A stretch of 28,780 nt of DNA from positions 1-28,780 of IMG/VR virus record IMGVR_UViG_3300005758_000147; one strand, 5' to 3'. The translations under genes were made by a program, and so were the position numbers. Origin of the DNA: a virus. Taxonomy: Duplodnaviria > Caudoviricetes. Within the stretch, counting starts at the first letter, position 1. The number at the start of each line of letters is the position of its first letter. Positions 18,071 through 26,828 of this stretch are shown here, piece after piece. Below the pieces are notes generated by a model. The model was not told the DNA's origin and made no database searches. It was given only the letters and a program-made list of their open reading frames with translations.

Positions 18071-18758
18071 CTTTGTTGTTTCTCCCTTCGGGAAAAAAGG
18101 TCAGATCTACGTCTGGCTGAACCTCCTTTATGTACTCCCTTAACGCCCTGGAGTCACGAGCTAAAAATATATTATCGACAAAATCACGAATATCTTTTGC
18201 TTCTCTGTTACCTCCTACAGAAGTGATCATATATTTCATTCTTGTTGATAAATCTGCTGAAGAGTTTTTATTAATTTTTTTTAAGCCTTCTAACTCAGCA
18301 TTTATTTTCTTTTCATCTTTACCTGTTAGTAATTTAAAGGTAATAGGAATACCTGAGTGGGGTAAAGTGAAATCAAATTCGTTTATACCTTTTTTAAATA
18401 GTTTAGTATTTAAAGGTTTATTTTCTAATATAGATAAGTCAACATTTTGTTCTTCTCCACCCCAATTAAATTTATATTCACTACCATATCCTAAAATACG
18501 AGCAGCTACTAAAACAGCGTTTTTATCGCCTATAATTAAGTCTTCATAATCTACATCAGAAACAATGAGTGATTTGACTAACTCATCTAATACCGTACCT
18601 TTACTGATATAATTTTGGTTAGTTAGAATATCTTCTTCACGAGCGGTCATATACTTCATTTCTATTTTACCGTCGGATAAAGGTGATGATTCTGGGTAGA
18701 TTAACCCTTGTGATGGTAATTCGACAACTTCTGTCGGCATCTTAAATGTATTATCCAT
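18027..18758 (-). CDS. Tail/baseplate hub assembly chaperone (T4 gp26-like, gpG position)
   Basis: VELPSQG..YP...MTAREEDIL...GDKNAVL..ARI.GYG motifs. Ends NFFWPDL and precedes the tape measure. Confidence 0.8.
   Translation of the reverse strand: MDNTFKMPTEVVELPSQGLIYPESSPLSDGKIEMKYMTAREEDILTNQNYISKGTVLDELVKSLIVSDVDYEDLIIGDKNAVLVAARILGYGSEYKFNWGGEEQNVDLSILENKPLNTKLFKKGINEFDFTLPHSGIPITFKLLTGKDEKKINAELEGLKKINKNSSADLSTRMKYMITSVGGNREAKDIRDFVDNIFLARDSRALREYIKEVQPDVDLTFFPEGRNNKVDIPIGLNFFWPDL
18041..18047 (-). promoter_or_regulatory. Candidate programmed frameshift site AAC TTT TTT TGG
   Basis: T7 run read as Phe-Phe in both overlapping frames. Confidence 0.65.
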
Positions 18759-18789
18759 AGATTTTATTTATTATAACTTTATATTCTTA

Positions 18790-18798
18790 TATAAATAT
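18790..18798 (-). promoter_or_regulatory. Putative late promoter ATATTTATA
   Basis: 31 nt upstream of the ATG at 18758. Confidence 0.6.
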
Positions 18799-18804
18799 AT
18801 ATAG

Positions 18805-20973
18805 TTATTTAGCTTGATAATTTATTTTCATAAAATTATAATACTGATTTGTAGGGGTATAAGTTTGAGAATATATAGATGGAGCCTCCCCTAACTCTCC
18901 AGTCACTAGCACGGGATATATTGTTGGATCTGGGGGTAATAGGCTATCTACATCTAAACGAGTTTGATCTAAAGTATTAACTTGAATATTACTGTTGTCA
19001 TTAACAATAGTATCATAATTATCTAGATAACTTTGACCAGGTATTGGTGAATACTGGGGATTAAATTGTGATGGGGCCCCTTGAAATTCTCCTAAATATG
19101 TTTGAGCAGGTTGAGGATATATAGTAGGCGCAGATACAGAATCAGGTATAAATGTTGTAGGTAATTCATTTGTATCTGTGTTGTCTAGTCCTGTTAAATC
19201 TAAAGTACCTTCTTGAGCGTTAGTAAAGTTTGAGTTTAAATAAGTATTATTAGCGTTATAATTTTGAGTATATTGAGTAGCCCCAGTCATAAACTCTCCA
19301 CTTACTAATGATGGATACTGAGTGATTGTATCTGGGGTAGTAGTTGTTGGAGTAGCATTTTGATTTTCAGTATCCAACCCAGTTTGAGATAATGTATTTA
19401 ATTGAGGGCTATTAGGATCTTCAACAGGAACATTATTTAGATAAGTATTATTAGAATTATATGTTTGAGAATATTGAGTGCTACTTCCTCCAAATTCACC
19501 AGATGCAAGAGAAGGATATTGAGTAATAGTACTTGGAGTAGTAGTTGTTGGTGCGGAATTAGGATTATCAGTATCTAACCCGGTCTGTCCTAAGGTAACT
19601 ATTTGAATTGTATTTCCAGATGTTGGATTATATAAATTAAAATAACTGTTGTTAGGCCCCCAAATTTGGAGATATTGAGATGGAGCCCCACCGAATTCAC
19701 CTTGTACAAATTGAGGATAAATATTTGGAGTATCAGGTGTAGTTGTGGTTAAAGCAAATGATGTATTAGTATTATCTAACCCGGTTTGACCTAGAGTACT
19801 AGGTTGAATATTTGGGTTGTAATTTGCTAAATAACCAAACCCAGGACCCCATGCTTGATTGTATAACATAGGGGCACCATTAAATTCTCCTTGAGTATAT
19901 TGAGGATAAACGGTTGTATCTACAGGCAATTCAGTTGTGGGTGCAAATGTTGGGTTTGTATTATCTAAACCAGTTTCACTTAATGTTGTGGGTTGTAATG
20001 TATCAAAATTTACAGGACTATTAATATAAGCATTTTCATAAGTGTTATTAGGTCCATAAGGTGAAGTATATTGAGTTGATGCTCCTCCAAACTCACCTGT
20101 TGATTGATTAGGATAATTTGTTGGATTAAATGGAGTAACTGTTGTTGGTGTGTATGATGGGTTTATATTGTCTAAACCTGTTTGACCTTGAGTAATAGTA
20201 TTAGGCTGAGTATTAGGGTCAAATGTGTTTAAATATGTGCTAGTTGGAGTGTATATTTGATTAAAATTATCGCTTTGCCCTCCAAACTCTCCTGACGCTA
20301 AATTTGGGTAAGAAGTATTAGGACTAGGAGCAGCAGTTGTTGATACTAAACCTATATTTTCTATATCTAAACCAGTTTCATCTAGGCTATTAGGTTGAAC
20401 ATTTGGGTCATAATTATTTAAGTATGTTTTATTAGGCCCATATATTTGGTTATATTGGTTAGATACTGAATTGTATTCACCTTTAGCCAAATTAGGGTAA
20501 TTAGTAACGTTGATAGGGGATACAGTAGTAGGGACAGATGATGGGTCAGTATTATCTAGACCAGTTTCTGGTAATGATTGTGCTAATGGGCTAGTTCCTG
20601 CTCCAACAACTATATCATTGTAATTAATAACAGGTGTCCATATTTGTAAAAATTGGATAGCGCTTTGCCCTAACCCTCCTTTAGCAGTAGCAGGATATAA
20701 TGTTAAAGTATTAGGAGTAGATGTTGAAGGAACATAATTTGGATTATCTATATCTAAACCTGTTTCTTTTAATGTTGGAGGTTGAATCCCAGTATTAGTT
20801 CCTCCTTCAAATGATTTAATATAAGTATTATTTGAATTCCACACTTGTTGAAATGGAGTAGTTCCTGTATTAAATTCTCCTGTAGCTGGGTTTACAGGGC
20901 CATTGCCTTGTTGGGGGACCGGATTGATGTCTAGGTTTGATTGGTTTTTAAGGAGTAAATCTAATAGACCCAT
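18805..20973 (-). CDS. Pro/Thr/Asn/Gln-rich tandem-repeat protein (about 722 aa, about 11 units), function unknown
   Basis: Recurrent TGLD...PTT...YP....GEFGG...QY.Q.....N.YL units. Start reassigned to the ATG at 20973 because the track's start (21012) lies inside the terminator and upstream of the promoter motif. Confidence 0.8.
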   Translation of the reverse strand: MGLLDLLLKNQSNLDINPVPQQGNGPVNPATGEFNTGTTPFQQVWNSNNTYIKSFEGGTNTGIQPPTLKETGLDIDNPNYVPSTSTPNTLTLYPATAKGGLGQSAIQFLQIWTPVINYNDIVVGAGTSPLAQSLPETGLDNTDPSSVPTTVSPINVTNYPNLAKGEYNSVSNQYNQIYGPNKTYLNNYDPNVQPNSLDETGLDIENIGLVSTTAAPSPNTSYPNLASGEFGGQSDNFNQIYTPTSTYLNTFDPNTQPNTITQGQTGLDNINPSYTPTTVTPFNPTNYPNQSTGEFGGASTQYTSPYGPNNTYENAYINSPVNFDTLQPTTLSETGLDNTNPTFAPTTELPVDTTVYPQYTQGEFNGAPMLYNQAWGPGFGYLANYNPNIQPSTLGQTGLDNTNTSFALTTTTPDTPNIYPQFVQGEFGGAPSQYLQIWGPNNSYFNLYNPTSGNTIQIVTLGQTGLDTDNPNSAPTTTTPSTITQYPSLASGEFGGSSTQYSQTYNSNNTYLNNVPVEDPNSPQLNTLSQTGLDTENQNATPTTTTPDTITQYPSLVSGEFMTGATQYTQNYNANNTYLNSNFTNAQEGTLDLTGLDNTDTNELPTTFIPDSVSAPTIYPQPAQTYLGEFQGAPSQFNPQYSPIPGQSYLDNYDTIVNDNSNIQVNTLDQTRLDVDSLLPPDPTIYPVLVTGELGEAPSIYSQTYTPTNQYYNFMKINYQAK

Positions 20974-20985
20974 ATTGTATTTTAT

Positions 20986-20994
20986 TATAAATAT
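20986..20994 (-). promoter_or_regulatory. Putative late promoter ATATTTATA
   Basis: 12 nt upstream of the ATG at 20973, immediately after the terminator. Confidence 0.65.
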
Positions 20995-20995
20995 T

Positions 20996-21024
20996 AGAAA
21001 AGAAAAGCCCACATTACTGTGGGC
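20996..21024 (-). terminator. Rho-independent terminator after the tail tube gene
   Basis: Minus strand GCCCACA-GTAA-TGTGGGC followed by TTTTCTTTTCT (GNRA loop). A T-tract also follows on the plus strand. Confidence 0.85.
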
Positions 21025-21048
21025 CTTTTTATGTTTAAATAGCGAATA

Positions 21049-21537
21049 TTAGAAGTTCAATACGCAGTAATCCATTCCAACAGTCATTGTGATATTTACA
21101 GCTTGGTTTTCAGTATCCCAGTTATAATCACCGAAGTTGGCTTCTTTAATAAATGCGCCTTTTATAATCCATTCACTAACAACGTCACCTACAGGTCCTA
21201 AAACATCTAATACTAAGTCCTTCTTATAGAAGTCTGAGTAACCATCTCTACCTGTTACTGATTCATGGTGTAAACGTACCCATTCCATTACTGATTGGGC
21301 TCCAGAAGGTGTGATTGGATCAAATAGGGTCATTTGAATATCACCCCATGTTGTTTTTCCTTTAACCTTTCTGTATACGTTAATATGGTTTAGTACTACT
21401 TCACCTTGTGATACAGTTACAGCGTTTACTCCTTTAACTAAATAGCTAGGAACTCCATCCATATACAGGATAAATCTGTTAGCCTGTTTTGGTTCAAATG
21501 CTGTGAAAAATATTTCGTTTGCGTTTAATATTGCCAT
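21049..21537 (-). CDS. Tail tube protein (T4 gp19-like)
   Basis: FEPKQANRF...W.DIQMTL.DPI...VMEW...YKKD..L..L.P.G.VV.EW...GAF. Directly after the sheath gene. Confidence 0.9.
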   Translation of the reverse strand: MAILNANEIFFTAFEPKQANRFILYMDGVPSYLVKGVNAVTVSQGEVVLNHINVYRKVKGKTTWGDIQMTLFDPITPSGAQSVMEWVRLHHESVTGRDGYSDFYKKDLVLDVLGPVGDVVSEWIIKGAFIKEANFGDYNWDTENQAVNITMTVGMDYCVLNF

Positions 21538-21551
21538 TGTCTTTTATTTAT

Positions 21552-21560
21552 TATAAATAT
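21552..21560 (-). promoter_or_regulatory. Putative late promoter ATATTTATA
   Basis: 14 nt upstream of the tube ATG. Confidence 0.65.
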
Positions 21561-21574
21561 TCAATCTTTAAATT

Positions 21575-23284
21575 TTATGCTGGGAAACTAGCTCCAGTTG
21601 GTGTAACAATGAAATCCAAGTAAATAAATTCAGCAGTTTTAGTTGGTTGAACATAAATTTGACCTATTAGTTCATTTCTATCAATTACATCAGCTGTATT
21701 GTTACTGTCATCCATAATTACTTTGAAAGCATATAATCCTTGTCTTTGTTGAACATTCTCTAAGTATGGATTTACTTGTGCTAAGAAGTTATTTCTTGTA
21801 GCTACACTATTCTGTTCAAATACTAATGTGTTAGCAACTTGAGAAATATAACTCTTAAGAGCAATTAATAAACGACGAACGTTTACACGATCAAGAGCAG
21901 ATGGTCTAGTTTGTAATGTTTTCTGACCATATACTACTACTCCAGTTCCGGGGAATGTAGCGATTGGATTTACTTTTCCTTCATATAATGTATCACGAGT
22001 AGCTTGAGGTAATTTTCTTTCAGCTTGGATAACTTGACCTAAACCTCCACGATTAATACCTGCTGGTGCGAACCAAGGCTCAGAAACACTATCATTATAA
22101 GCGTATACTCCACCTACTACAGTTGAAGCTGGTACCCAAACATTTTGTCCACTGTTAGGATCTTGAACTTGAACCCAAGGCCAATATGACGCAGCGTATG
22201 ATGTATTTTTGGTTTGGGCTTGAGTTACAACAGTATTTGTTGTTTGACCGTAAGCAGCTAAATCAGCGATATAAATACAATCTCCTCTGTCTTGACAATT
22301 AGAAATAATAGTATTAATTTGACTTGAATGGCCTGTTAAATTATCACATAAACCAGGAGTCATAATAATATTATATTGATAATCATCTTTATTAGCTAAT
22401 AGATTAATCATATTATCATAATAACTAGATGATAATCCTTGAGTATTAATAGCTGTGATTTGATCATAAAACTTAGCTCCAGCCATTATAGTACCTGTAG
22501 CTCCACTAAATGATCCTGTACTTGCAGTTGGTAAAGAAGCACTATAAGCAGGGATTGAAATGGTTCCATTACTATTTAAATAATTTGGAGTGTTAGCTAT
22601 ATTAGATACTCTTACATATCTTGATCCACCACGGTAACTACCAGTTGTTTGTAAATAATATCCATCAGTAGTTTTTAAAGTTTGAGTTTGATCACCAATC
22701 TGTTTAGCTATATAATTAGAAGAGAATGGATCTAATGATAAGTTATTCCATTGTTCTAAAATAATTGGATTAGCATTATTATCATTACCTTGTCTAATTA
22801 ATAAAGTAAATGTACCAGAAGAAGTATTAACAGTTGTGATTTGCCATCTGATATTATCTGCTGATCCGCTAGCTAATACTCCATTAGAGTCTTGTGAGCT
22901 TGAACTATTTTGTTCAATACCTTCTGATAAAGTAGTTAATACAAATGAAGCAGCTGATACAGATCCTGATTTGTATATGCTGCTGGTAGCAGGAGCGTAA
23001 GTTCCTGATACAATACGAGCTACTAATAATGATGTTCCGCCGTTATTGAAATAATTGTAAGCGGCGATAGAGGTGAAATAAGTGTAAACAGTTGAGCTAC
23101 TAACAAGAGTGGTACCGAATTTATTTTGGTAGTCACTCCAACTAGTTACTAATGTTGGAATATTTACAGGTCCTTTAACTGTTGGACCTAATATAGCTGC
23201 TCCGGCTTGTATTGGGCCTTGAGTAACAAATGAAGTATCTGTTTCTGTTGCTAATACACCTGGTGATACTAAAGTTTCTGCCAT
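21575..23284 (-). CDS. Contractile tail sheath protein (T4 gp18-like)
   Basis: SPGV...E.D N-terminus, YWPW, WFAPAG.NRG, GQKT, RVNVRRL, FEQN and P.KTAEFI.L.F. Confidence 0.96.
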   Translation of the reverse strand: MAETLVSPGVLATETDTSFVTQGPIQAGAAILGPTVKGPVNIPTLVTSWSDYQNKFGTTLVSSSTVYTYFTSIAAYNYFNNGGTSLLVARIVSGTYAPATSSIYKSGSVSAASFVLTTLSEGIEQNSSSSQDSNGVLASGSADNIRWQITTVNTSSGTFTLLIRQGNDNNANPIILEQWNNLSLDPFSSNYIAKQIGDQTQTLKTTDGYYLQTTGSYRGGSRYVRVSNIANTPNYLNSNGTISIPAYSASLPTASTGSFSGATGTIMAGAKFYDQITAINTQGLSSSYYDNMINLLANKDDYQYNIIMTPGLCDNLTGHSSQINTIISNCQDRGDCIYIADLAAYGQTTNTVVTQAQTKNTSYAASYWPWVQVQDPNSGQNVWVPASTVVGGVYAYNDSVSEPWFAPAGINRGGLGQVIQAERKLPQATRDTLYEGKVNPIATFPGTGVVVYGQKTLQTRPSALDRVNVRRLLIALKSYISQVANTLVFEQNSVATRNNFLAQVNPYLENVQQRQGLYAFKVIMDDSNNTADVIDRNELIGQIYVQPTKTAEFIYLDFIVTPTGASFPA

Positions 23285-23309
23285 GTTCTTAAATGTGTTT
23301 TATTTTAGT

Positions 23310-23318
23310 TATAAATAT
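23310..23318 (-). promoter_or_regulatory. Putative late promoter ATATTTATA
   Basis: 25 nt upstream of the sheath ATG. Confidence 0.65.
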
Positions 23319-23335
23319 CTTAGGAGATGTCGAAA

Positions 23336-23587
23336 TTACGAAACAGGAATGAATTCTCCTTTTTCTAGATCTATACTTCCATCGCCGTATTTTTGTTGAA
23401 GTTGTTTACCTATTTCTTCTTCTTCTTTCATTTGAGTTTGAAGAGCTTGTTTTAGTCTTTGTTTTTCTAATTCTAGGATTTGAATTTTATATTCTAGATC
23501 ACCAAACATACTTAATAATGCTTGTTGACGAGATTGAATTGTTTTTAAAGATTGAATTTCTTCTTGTGTTAAAACTTGTTTTTCCAT
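23336..23587 (-). CDS. Small coiled-coil protein
   Basis: Heptad-rich, ends KYGDGSIDLEKGEF. Has its own promoter motif. Confidence 0.75.
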   Translation of the reverse strand: MEKQVLTQEEIQSLKTIQSRQQALLSMFGDLEYKIQILELEKQRLKQALQTQMKEEEEIGKQLQQKYGDGSIDLEKGEFIPVS

Positions 23588-23601
23588 AATTTATTATTTG
23601 T

Positions 23602-23610
23602 AATAAATAT
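23602..23610 (-). promoter_or_regulatory. Putative late promoter variant ATATTTATT
   Basis: 14 nt upstream of the ATG at 23587. Confidence 0.55.
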
Positions 23611-24488
23611 TAAGTATAGATTCCGAATCTACCTTTCATTGTATGATAGTTTTGAAGTACTTCCTGTTGGGAAAGGGCTCGTCCGTAGATTTGAGTTGGA
23701 CCTAAGTATCCTACCATTGCGCTTGTATTAGGACCAGATGCTGCTCCTCCTATATATGCTGCTGCTCCTGTAGATTTTAAAGTAGGGAAAAAATATCCTG
23801 GGGATGAGTTTCCTTTTAATTCTCCATTAATGTAAGCATTTGCTTGACCGTTGTTAAAAGTAACACAAAAATAATTCCAATTATTAGAACTTACAGATGT
23901 TGTATTTAATATAATAACACCTGTATTAGTTGGGTTTTGGAAACCATATGCTAAAGATATACTATTTGGAGAAGAAAAGTTAAAATATGAATTAAGCACC
24001 ATATTAGCATTTGAAATCCCAGCAACTTTCATAGCATTACCTGCTCTTCCAGTTACAAGGCCAGTATGTTTAAACCAAAGAGCATATGTTAATTGTGATT
24101 TTCCACTAAAATACCTTTGACTGATAAGGGTATTAGTTACAGGGATTAATGCTAAAGCTGACTGGAGTATTATAGCTGGGTAGACTTGTTGGATTGATGT
24201 GACTGAGCTACTTACAAATAAGCATCCTCCAAATTCTGGAGAGTAGCTAGATGTGGGGGAATATGTTTCAGATACTGATCCTGTTCTTATATTAAAAGAA
24301 GCACTTACATATGGATTTCCTCCTCCTTTGGCTATATTATTTAAAGTTTGTTTATTGTTATTTATATAGTCAAAACTGTTTATATTTCCAACATCAAAAT
24401 AATAATCTAATCCATTTGTAACTATACCTGAACCAACAAATGTGCTTCCTGTTATTGCTAAAGAACCTGTTACTATAACTGATGCCAT
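23610..24488 (-). CDS. Concanavalin A-like lectin/LamG-domain virion protein
   Basis: IVTNGL..Y.D.GN..S N-terminus, T...WFK, W...CVT......YING.L and IYGRALS..EV.QNY. Confidence 0.8.
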   Translation of the reverse strand: MASVIVTGSLAITGSTFVGSGIVTNGLDYYFDVGNINSFDYINNNKQTLNNIAKGGGNPYVSASFNIRTGSVSETYSPTSSYSPEFGGCLFVSSSVTSIQQVYPAIILQSALALIPVTNTLISQRYFSGKSQLTYALWFKHTGLVTGRAGNAMKVAGISNANMVLNSYFNFSSPNSISLAYGFQNPTNTGVIILNTTSVSSNNWNYFCVTFNNGQANAYINGELKGNSSPGYFFPTLKSTGAAAYIGGAASGPNTSAMVGYLGPTQIYGRALSQQEVLQNYHTMKGRFGIYT

Positions 24489-24489
24489 A

Positions 24490-25929
24490 TTATATTGCTC
24501 TTATTATTCCCTTTACAAACCACCCATTTGTAGTTACAATACTGGCTGTGACTTGTAAATATGAGGCACTAAAACTAGATGAAAAAGTTAGGTTGTTTGT
24601 GTTACCAAAATTTGAGCCAGTTGAATCAATATATTGGATTGTTGATCCACTCCACATAGTATTAAAGGTACCTGCTCTAAAATTAGAACCACTATATGCT
24701 GAGTAGTCTATCCATAAAGCATTATATGAACTTGTTAATACTTGATAAACTACATGGCTTCCAGCATTAACAGATGATGTAATAAAACTATTATATAATC
24801 CTGGTGCATTACTATTACCTATAAATGTTTCTCTATCAGATGTAACTCTTAAAATAGGTAATCCTGAGGGATAGTCTCCTACTGTGAAAATATCTCCTGA
24901 GGTTCTATCATATGCTTGTAATAGATTACCTGTTGATCCCACGATATTTAATATTGGGGATGAACCTGTTCCTATTATTGTTAGTGGGGTTCCTTCTACT
25001 GATCTTGATATAGATAAAGAACCAGTTATAGAACCGGTGCCTATTAAATTAACTACATTTGTAGTTTTATTAAAGGTAAAATTACCTGATCCGCTGAATG
25101 CTCCAGCATCATTAAATTGGATTGTAGTGTTAGCTCCTCCTGGGGTTCCGGGACCTCCACCTCCTGTTCCATATGAGCCTGTTTTATATATTTGTCCATT
25201 TTCGCCTAATACTAAAACACTATTAGCTGCTCCTCCTAAATTACTAGCTCCAGACCAAAATAAAGATCCACTAAAAGTAGTTGATCCGCTTATTAAAAGT
25301 GATGAAGTAATAGTTTGTAATGAAGTTGAAGATAGTCTTACATATCTAGCATCAGCTGCTACTTCATCTAAAGGTGATATTTGATACCACTGTCCTACTG
25401 ATCCACTTTTAAAAATATATGTGTCCCCATTTTTAGTAGTGTCTACATCTCCTGATATTACCCATACTGTTCCATTTAGTATAGAGCCAGTTATAGTTCC
25501 TGAGGATGATTGTATTAGTGAAGCTGATGTTCCTGTTTCTACCGCTGTTAAAGCTGTGGTTATGTTTCCTAGGTTATCAGGATTTTGCCCGTTTACTGTT
25601 AAAACTTTAGAACTAAATTCATTTCCTATTAGATCCAAACCATTTCCAGCTGTGTATGTTTGTCCACTACCTGTATCTACAGTAATATCAAATTGGGTAA
25701 TGCCGTCTCCTTTAGTAAAAGTAATTGTGTTTAAGTTAGCTGAGGCTGTTAATAGTAGTGAACTGGTGTTTATATTTGGGTTCACATTCGCTATAGAGCT
25801 AGAAAGGAATAATAGTGATTGGTCTAAATCTTCAAAAGTTAATGTTGAATCTTTAGCAGTATCAACTCCTTCAGCATCATAATATTGTCTAGTTTGGAAC
25901 TGGAATGGTCCGTATATTGGGTCTCCCAT
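24490..25929 (-). CDS. Fibre-like virion structural protein (neck/collar region)
   Basis: K.S.LT..DLD N-terminal anchor, YTAGNGL and VLTVNGQ fibre motifs, SGS/TGS-rich. Shares modules with 4796..6442 and 6458..7819. Confidence 0.65.
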   Translation of the reverse strand: MGDPIYGPFQFQTRQYYDAEGVDTAKDSTLTFEDLDQSLLFLSSSIANVNPNINTSSLLLTASANLNTITFTKGDGITQFDITVDTGSGQTYTAGNGLDLIGNEFSSKVLTVNGQNPDNLGNITTALTAVETGTSASLIQSSSGTITGSILNGTVWVISGDVDTTKNGDTYIFKSGSVGQWYQISPLDEVAADARYVRLSSTSLQTITSSLLISGSTTFSGSLFWSGASNLGGAANSVLVLGENGQIYKTGSYGTGGGGPGTPGGANTTIQFNDAGAFSGSGNFTFNKTTNVVNLIGTGSITGSLSISRSVEGTPLTIIGTGSSPILNIVGSTGNLLQAYDRTSGDIFTVGDYPSGLPILRVTSDRETFIGNSNAPGLYNSFITSSVNAGSHVVYQVLTSSYNALWIDYSAYSGSNFRAGTFNTMWSGSTIQYIDSTGSNFGNTNNLTFSSSFSASYLQVTASIVTTNGWFVKGIIRAI

Positions 25930-25934
25930 AATCT

Positions 25935-26828
25935 TTATATATTAGGATTATTTTTTAAATCTTCTATGTTAGTGACAACTTCAGAAGTAACTACTAATTT
26001 ATTTCTATTTGAAAATTTACCAACAAAAGTTTCAGCTTTTTGAGCTACATCAGGAACAATATAACCAAATAATTTAATTGTAAAAGCACTTCTTACTGAC
26101 CTTTCACTATTATCTGATAGTTCAGTAGTAATAGGGAATGAATCGATATGAGCTCTAAATTTAAAGCGTTCTGGGTCACCCCAATATGCATCTGAAGCAT
26201 ATTGTACTGCTTCGATTATTTTATTCAATTGATCCACATAATAAGTAAATATAACACAATCATATGTAACTGTTAAATAATCAGGGACAACAGAAGCATA
26301 GTATGTTTGTTCTGGTTTGATTCCATTTAATAAGTTAAATTTACTATAAGCGTTTTGTTGGCTATATTTCTGTCCTGTGATGGCTATGTTATGAGGGTTA
26401 TTAGCATCTAATTTGTTTGTAAGATTTCTATTTTTTTCAATATTGTTCTTCTTAAACATAATAAGAGGTGCCATAATCTTATTATTTAAATCCCTATAAA
26501 AACCATCTTTTTGATATGATTTCCATTTTTCAGGTGAACCATATATGACAGGTACTTCTAATTTTTCCCCATTTTGAAAGACAGATGGTTTAATAACATT
26601 TTGAAAATAATACATTATAGCCCAGTCTAGATCTTCTAAGCTAATTGTCAATGGTTTTACAGGATCATTTTTAAATGAAAATTGCTCTGCCCTGTTAGGT
26701 CGATTAGCGTCATTAGGATTGCCTGTAGGAGAAAACCCAGGTGAGCCAACGGGTGGCTCATAAGGTGTCTGTAAAGACTCGCTTATTTCTTTTTGTGTTT
26801 TTGGTATTGGTTTTCTTCCTTTAGCCAT
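25935..26828 (-). CDS. Tail sheath stabiliser/terminator (T4 gp15-like)
   Basis: VPVIYGSPEKW...P.I...PDY....Y.......QLNKIIE pattern. Third gene of the neck trio. Confidence 0.7.
   Translation of the reverse strand: MAKGRKPIPKTQKEISESLQTPYEPPVGSPGFSPTGNPNDANRPNRAEQFSFKNDPVKPLTISLEDLDWAIMYYFQNVIKPSVFQNGEKLEVPVIYGSPEKWKSYQKDGFYRDLNNKIMAPLIMFKKNNIEKNRNLTNKLDANNPHNIAITGQKYSQQNAYSKFNLLNGIKPEQTYYASVVPDYLTVTYDCVIFTYYVDQLNKIIEAVQYASDAYWGDPERFKFRAHIDSFPITTELSDNSERSVRSAFTIKLFGYIVPDVAQKAETFVGKFSNRNKLVVTSEVVTNIEDLKNNPNI

Noticed and set aside
18805-20973. CRISPR array or DNA-level tandem repeat
   Set aside because: Periodicity is at the protein level with synonymous divergence. There are no identical repeats with unique spacers.
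20974-21012. Track start at 21012 for the repeat protein (735 aa)
   Set aside because: That ATG is within the terminator hairpin and upstream of the promoter motif. The ATG at 20973 fits the motif spacing and the MGLLD paralogue.
9453-23284. Bacterial extracellular contractile injection system / tailocin
   Set aside because: Neck proteins, PhoH and a linked phage replication block indicate a complete phage rather than a headless tail locus.
1403-25882. All plus-strand ORFs in the track (e.g. 1403..1774, 5085..5447, 18130..18549, 24884..25384, 25421..25882)
   Set aside because: Each lies antisense to a well-supported minus-strand gene and has no recognisable motifs or regulatory context. They are shadow ORFs.
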